64,000 nt of DNA, from contig OZ220708.1 in the NCBI GenBank assembly GCA_965116595.1, positions 2,212,041 to 2,276,040 on the forward strand, read 5' to 3'. The position numbers and the translations under genes are program-made. Positions within the stretch are counted from its first letter, which is position 1, and the number at the start of each line of letters is the position of its first letter. The notes beneath the pieces were generated by a model. It did not search any database. It was given only the letters and a program-made list of their open reading frames with translations, and was not told the origin of the DNA. The stretch comes from Arenicellales bacterium (GTDB taxonomy: Bacteria; Pseudomonadota; Gammaproteobacteria; Arenicellales; Poriferihabitantaceae). This document shows, piece after piece, positions 59,305-64,000 of the stretch.

Positions 59305-60698
59305 ATTGCCGGCAATTTGATTACAGTGCGTAGTCCGGGCGAATTATCTTCCAGTGTGATCGTTCCATTATGCATGCCGATTACCGCCTGAACCATGCTC
59401 AATCCCAATCCGTTGCCACTGCTGCCCCGGCTTTGATCCAGGCGATAGAATCGGCGAAAGACCTTTTCCCTCTCTGACGCAGGAATTCCGGGCCCATTGT
59501 CAGCAATGGCGATGACCAGTTGGTTGCCCGGGCAAGTCAGGGAAACTGAAATAGTGCCGTGGTCGGGGGTGTATTTAATGGAATTCTCGATGACATTGGC
59601 AAACGCCTGAAACAGCAGATCCCGGTCGCAGAGAGAAAAGATGTTTGTATCCAGGTTGGTTTTCAGATTCTGGTGCTTTTCCTCACTGAGCGGCTCGTAA
59701 AACTCGACTATGTCTGCCAGCAGTATATGAAAATCGACTTGACAGAAGCCTGCCTTAATCTGCCTGGATTCAATTCTGGCAATGCGCAGTAGTGCATTGA
59801 AGGTGATCAACAGGGAATCTGCTTCCTTTATGGATTGCTCAAGGTTGGCCCCCGCTTTTGATGAGAGGTCTTCTTTCAGTCTTGCTTCTTCCAGATGTTG
59901 ACGCAGGCGGGCCAGGGGAGTTCTCAAATCGTGGGCAATGTTGTCTGATACTCTTTTTATGTCCTCCATCAACATCTGGATTCGATCAAACATTTGATTG
60001 AGGTTGCCTGCCAGTTGATCGAAATCATCGTTGCGACCGGTGTCCGGCACACGCCTGGATAAATCCCCGGACATGATCGCCTGCGCCGTCTGGTTGATTC
60101 GCTCAATTTTTCGGACGGTTCTTCGGCTGAGTAACATGCCGCCTATAAACGCAAGCAGAACCATGATCGCCAATCCCCATGTCAGTGCCTGGACAATTCG
60201 TTGTTTCGCCTCGACAAGTTGATGTATGTCACGCCCTACGAGCAGGCCATAATTGCCAGGGAGTATAAATATCTTTGCCCGGGCGAGATGCATTTCATTG
60301 GTTTGCTTGTTGATTTCAAGTCCGAATTCAATCCAGTCGTTGTTGATAGAGGCATTTTTCGGCCATCTATCCAGGTTTCCAACCAGGGGTTGCAGAGTAT
60401 AGGTAGACAGCAAATAAATCGAGTTCCCTGTAGCCTGTTGTCGATTGATTCGTTCAGCGATCAGTTCAGTCAAACCCTGCAAGCCTTCCTGATCATAGCG
60501 TTCGGCCAGGCCCTGAATTTCAGCCTGGATAGTACTGTCCATCTGCTCGGTCATGTATGATGCTGTGAAGACGTAGAAAAAGTAAAACAGCAGAAGGGTC
60601 GATGTACTGAAAATGACGGCATAAAGTAACGCCAGACGGAGCGTATAGCTGTGAAACAGACTATGTCTTTTCTGCACGTAGGATGTAGCCTGTTCCAC
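59301..60698 (-). CDS. HAMP-domain sensor histidine kinase
   Basis: Two TMs and a HAMP domain; H-box IAHDLRTPL, N-box NVIENSIKY, DNGPGIP, FYRLD and GNGLGL. The start may be GTG at 60677. Confidence 0.93.
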   Translation of the reverse strand: MEQATSYVQKRHSLFHSYTLRLALLYAVIFSTSTLLLFYFFYVFTASYMTEQMDSTIQAEIQGLAERYDQEGLQGLTELIAERINRQQATGNSIYLLSTYTLQPLVGNLDRWPKNASINNDWIEFGLEINKQTNEMHLARAKIFILPGNYGLLVGRDIHQLVEAKQRIVQALTWGLAIMVLLAFIGGMLLSRRTVRKIERINQTAQAIMSGDLSRRVPDTGRNDDFDQLAGNLNQMFDRIQMLMEDIKRVSDNIAHDLRTPLARLRQHLEEARLKEDLSSKAGANLEQSIKEADSLLITFNALLRIARIESRQIKAGFCQVDFHILLADIVEFYEPLSEEKHQNLKTNLDTNIFSLCDRDLLFQAFANVIENSIKYTPDHGTISVSLTCPGNQLVIAIADNGPGIPASEREKVFRRFYRLDQSRGSSGNGLGLSMVQAVIGMHNGTITLEDNSPGLRTVIKLPAM

Positions 60699-61341
60699 GG
60701 ACGGTATTCAGTAGGGGAGTGTCAAAATTCTTGTCTATTTTGCTGCGCAAACGGCTGATATGTACATCAATGACATTGGTTTGCGGGTCAAACTTATAGT
60801 CCCATACGTTTTCCAATAACATTGTCCGTGTTACCACCTGATTGCTGTGTCTCATCAGGTATTCAAGCAGGCGAAATTCTCGAGGCTGGAGGTCTATCAC
60901 GGTGTCTCCGCGCTTCACCTCTCTGCCAAGCAGGTCCATCATCAGGTCTCCTGCAACCAGGGTGGTTTCCTGAGTTTCGACTGCGGCTCTTCGAAATAAC
61001 GCATCAAGGCGCGCCAGAAGTTCAGAAAAAGCGAATGGCTTGGTCAGGTAATCGTCACTACCTGCCTTTAATCCATCAACACGGTCATTGACATCACCCA
61101 ATGCACTTAATATCAATGCCGGGGTATGATTATTTTGCTCTCGCAGATTGGAGACAATGGTGAGGCCATCCATTATCGGCAGCATTCGGTCTATGATCAA
61201 TGCCTGATAGTTTCCACTGTTTGCCATGGTAAAGCCATTATCGCCCCGTGAGGCAATATCGACGGTATGACCTGCTTCCACCAGTCCTTTGTGTATATAG
61301 GATGCGGTTGCCTGATCGTCTTCTATTATGAGTATACGCAT
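60661..61341 (-). CDS. OmpR/PhoB-family response regulator
   Basis: MRILIIEDD, IIDRMLP, DDYLTKPF and the wHTH REFRLLEYLM...NVIDVHISRLRSKID...TVRGTGY. Confidence 0.94.
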   Translation of the reverse strand: MRILIIEDDQATASYIHKGLVEAGHTVDIASRGDNGFTMANSGNYQALIIDRMLPIMDGLTIVSNLREQNNHTPALILSALGDVNDRVDGLKAGSDDYLTKPFAFSELLARLDALFRRAAVETQETTLVAGDLMMDLLGREVKRGDTVIDLQPREFRLLEYLMRHSNQVVTRTMLLENVWDYKFDPQTNVIDVHISRLRSKIDKNFDTPLLNTVRGTGYILRAEKT

Positions 61342-61420
61342 GGCAGGTTTTCAGGTAAATTGACGCAATGATACCAGCAAACGGCTATTTTAAAGCAATA
61401 ACCGTCCATTCCGTAACTAC

Positions 61421-62026
61421 ATGATCAAACAACAACTCGATGCCGCCTGCAGCCTTGACCCACAATTGTCTGTGATACTGGATCTGACCGGATATCCCGA
61501 ACCTCGGCTCCGTCCTGCAGGGTTTGCGACCCTGGTACAGATAATTAATGCCCAGCAGTTATCAACCAGGGCCGCCGGAGCGATCTGGCAAAGACTTGAA
61601 AACTCATGTGGAGGTGAACTTACCCCTGAAAAGATTCTCGATGGGGCGCCCCGGATGCTTCTCGATTGTGGACTCTCCGCCAGAAAGACGGAATATATAA
61701 CCGGGCTTTCCGGAATGCTTGTTTCCGGAGAGTTGGATTTGACCTCTCTGGATTTGATGTCTGACGAGGAAATGGTGTCGGCGCTTGTGAAGGTAAAGGG
61801 AATCGGACGCTGGTCTGCTGAAATCTATGGCATGTTCGCATTGGGGAGGAAAGACCTGTTTCCCGCTAAAGACCTGGCTTTGCAGGCTGCTGTGCAGAAA
61901 TATGCAGGGATGAGTGATCGGCCCGATGAAAAGGAAACCAGGACCATAGCGCAAAGATGGTCACCCTACCGTAGCGCAGTGGCGATTTTGATGTGGAAGT
62001 ATTATGGAACAGCTACTCTGGACTGA
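61421..62026 (+). CDS. DNA-3-methyladenine glycosylase II family (short AlkA-like HhH-GPD)
   Basis: LVQIINAQQLSTRAA, GLSARK, HhH VKGIGRWSAE, FPAKDLAL and WSPYRSAVA. Confidence 0.88.
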   Translation: MIKQQLDAACSLDPQLSVILDLTGYPEPRLRPAGFATLVQIINAQQLSTRAAGAIWQRLENSCGGELTPEKILDGAPRMLLDCGLSARKTEYITGLSGMLVSGELDLTSLDLMSDEEMVSALVKVKGIGRWSAEIYGMFALGRKDLFPAKDLALQAAVQKYAGMSDRPDEKETRTIAQRWSPYRSAVAILMWKYYGTATLD

Positions 62027-62054
62027 AATGTGAGTAGTCTGCCGTTTACGGGGT

Positions 62055-62858
62055 CTAGTGTTCGAGAATTTGGCTGAGAAACAGTTTGGTACGCTCGTGT
62101 TGAGCATTGTCGAAGAAATCGTTCGGATTGTTTTCCTCGATAATTTCTCCGCCATCCATGAAAATGACCCGGTCGGCAACGGTTTTGGCGAACCCCATTT
62201 CGTGGGTTACGCACAACATGGTAATTCCTTCATTGGCAAGTTCGACCATTACATCAAGTACCTCCTTGATCATTTCAGGGTCGAGAGCCGAAGTGGGTTC
62301 GTCGAAAAGCATGATGCGTGGTTTCATGCACAAGCTGCGGGCAATAGCGACACGCTGTTGCTGACCACCTGACAGTTGCCCGGGATATTTGTTCGCCTGT
62401 TCGGGTATTTTTACTCTCTCCAGAAACTGCATACCGATCTCTTCCGCTTCTGCCTTGGGTGTCTTGCGTACCCAGATCGGAGCCAGGGTGCAGTTTTCGA
62501 GCACGGTCAAATGGGGAAACAGGTTGAAATGCTGAAAGACCATGCCCACTTCCCGTCTTACCAGTTCGATGTTTTTCAGATCGTTGGTCAATTCAACACC
62601 ATCGACAATGATGTCACCCTGTTGATGTTCTTCCAGTCGGTTGATGCAACGAATTACGGTTGATTTGCCGGATCCTGACGGGCCGCAGATGACTATTTTT
62701 TCTCCACGGGTAACGTTCAGATTGATGTCTTTAAGCACATGGAACTCGCCGTACCATTTATGCATTGCATTGATGATGATGGCATATTCCGATTGATTGA
62801 CATTTTCCACGGGGGATGATTGATCGTTCATTGTCAGATTCTCGGTATTTTCGGTCAC
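62055..62858 (-). CDS. General L-amino acid ABC transporter ATP-binding protein (AapP/BztD-like)
   Basis: [44 protein letters not shown] and [12 protein letters not shown]. Confidence 0.93.
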   Translation of the reverse strand: MTENTENLTMNDQSSPVENVNQSEYAIIINAMHKWYGEFHVLKDINLNVTRGEKIVICGPSGSGKSTVIRCINRLEEHQQGDIIVDGVELTNDLKNIELVRREVGMVFQHFNLFPHLTVLENCTLAPIWVRKTPKAEAEEIGMQFLERVKIPEQANKYPGQLSGGQQQRVAIARSLCMKPRIMLFDEPTSALDPEMIKEVLDVMVELANEGITMLCVTHEMGFAKTVADRVIFMDGGEIIEENNPNDFFDNAQHERTKLFLSQILEH

Positions 62859-62867
62859 TTTTCGGGA

Positions 62868-63977
62868 TTACTGTTTATGACCGGTTTGCAGCTTGTTTTC
62901 GAGATATAGTGAATACCTTGCCATTGAAAAACAGGAAATGAAAAAGAAAATAGCTACAAACAGATAGACCTCATAGGCCAGGCCGGTCCATTTGGTATCG
63001 GCAAGGGATGCGCGTCCAACTCCCAACGGGTCCAGTAGTCCTATGATCAGGACCAGTGTTGTGTCCTTGTATAATCCAATGAAAGTATTCACGATTCCCG
63101 GAATGGAAATTTTAAGGGCCTGGGGCAGAACCACCAGCCGCATTGAAGCCCAGTACTTGAGACCCATAGCGTCAGCGGCTTCTAACTGACCCTTGGGTAT
63201 CGCCTGCAAACCGCCACGGATGACTTCCGCCATATAGGCCGAAGCAAATAGGGTGACCATGATCAATACCCGCAACAAAAGGTCGAATGATGTGCCGGGC
63301 GGCAGAAAGTAACTCAACATGGTTGAAGCTACGAACAACAAGGTGATCAAGGGAACACCGCGGATAAATTCTATAAATCCGACGCTGAACAATCTTATTA
63401 TCGGCAGCCTCGATTGACGCCCCAGCGCCAGCGCGATCCCAATCGGCAGCGAGGCTGCAATACCTGTTACTCCGATTACCAGGGTCAGCATGAAACCACC
63501 GAATTTGTCAGTGGGAACCGGGGTCAGTCCGGCTCCTCCGATCAAAAGCCAGCCAGCGATGAAAGGAAATGCCATCGCAAAATACAAGCCGTATTTGCGA
63601 TAAGGTAAATTGTCGAACAGAACAGCTACCGTCGCCACGATCAGCAGGACAAATGACAGATTGACTCGCCAGCGTTCTTCAATGGGATAAAATCCATAGG
63701 CAAAAAGTCTCAGCCTTTCATTGATAAACGCCCAGCAGGCGCCACTTCCCCTGGCCTTGCACTCGTCACGGTTATCACCGGTATAGGCTGCGTCGATGAA
63801 CAACCAGTCGATTGCAGCGGGCAGACTCTTGTAAAGTAACCACACTATCAGAACGGTCATCACGGTATTTGCAGGGGTGGAAAACAGGTTTCCTCTTATC
63901 CAGGCGGCTGGACCTATGATGCTTGACGGAGGAGGGAGGTTCGGGTGTTCCCCTGGTAGATACGTTTTCTGATTCAT
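62868..63977 (-). CDS. General L-amino acid ABC transporter permease (AapM/BztC-like)
   Basis: WIRGNLFST, GACWAFI, ALGRQS, FIRGVPLI, AYMAEVIRGGLQAIPKGQ and KISIPGIVNTFIGLYKDT. Confidence 0.92.
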   Translation of the reverse strand: MNQKTYLPGEHPNLPPPSSIIGPAAWIRGNLFSTPANTVMTVLIVWLLYKSLPAAIDWLFIDAAYTGDNRDECKARGSGACWAFINERLRLFAYGFYPIEERWRVNLSFVLLIVATVAVLFDNLPYRKYGLYFAMAFPFIAGWLLIGGAGLTPVPTDKFGGFMLTLVIGVTGIAASLPIGIALALGRQSRLPIIRLFSVGFIEFIRGVPLITLLFVASTMLSYFLPPGTSFDLLLRVLIMVTLFASAYMAEVIRGGLQAIPKGQLEAADAMGLKYWASMRLVVLPQALKISIPGIVNTFIGLYKDTTLVLIIGLLDPLGVGRASLADTKWTGLAYEVYLFVAIFFFISCFSMARYSLYLENKLQTGHKQ

Positions 63978-64000
63978 TGTCCGCTTCCGCTGTCAGTCTA

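Overview
A gene-dense 64 kb chromosomal segment, most likely from a gammaproteobacterium (rpoE-rseA-rseB, prc, proteobacterial asd, rpsO-pnp, ygfZ/sdhCDAB-sdhE). This taxonomy is an inference. The window mixes housekeeping genes with nutrient-scavenging loci: putA, two Liv/HAAT-type ABC transporters (one with a fused LivG-LivF ATPase), pstSCAB-phoU, a CysB-like LysR regulator divergent from glnK-amtB, a trimethylamine-dehydrogenase-like flavoprotein beside a non-pyrrolysine MttB-family methyltransferase, an RND pump coupled to an M81 peptidase, and the end of an aap/bzt amino-acid ABC operon. The most unusual locus is an apparent operon of prc, a double-ATP-cone archaeal-type 2-phosphoglycerate-kinase-like gene (COG2074) and an archaeal-type (ApgM-like) phosphomutase. 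The mutase appears to have Thr in place of the catalytic Ser. This operon converges on ppx about 3 kb from the pst operon, and no cDPG synthetase is visible in the window. Two families of small intergenic palindromic repeats are present: GTAG-type REP/REPIN-like and GTCATTCCCGCG-type. I saw no rRNA, tRNA, CRISPR array, transposase, integrase or phage genes. All product calls come from motifs recognised by eye; no database searches were run.
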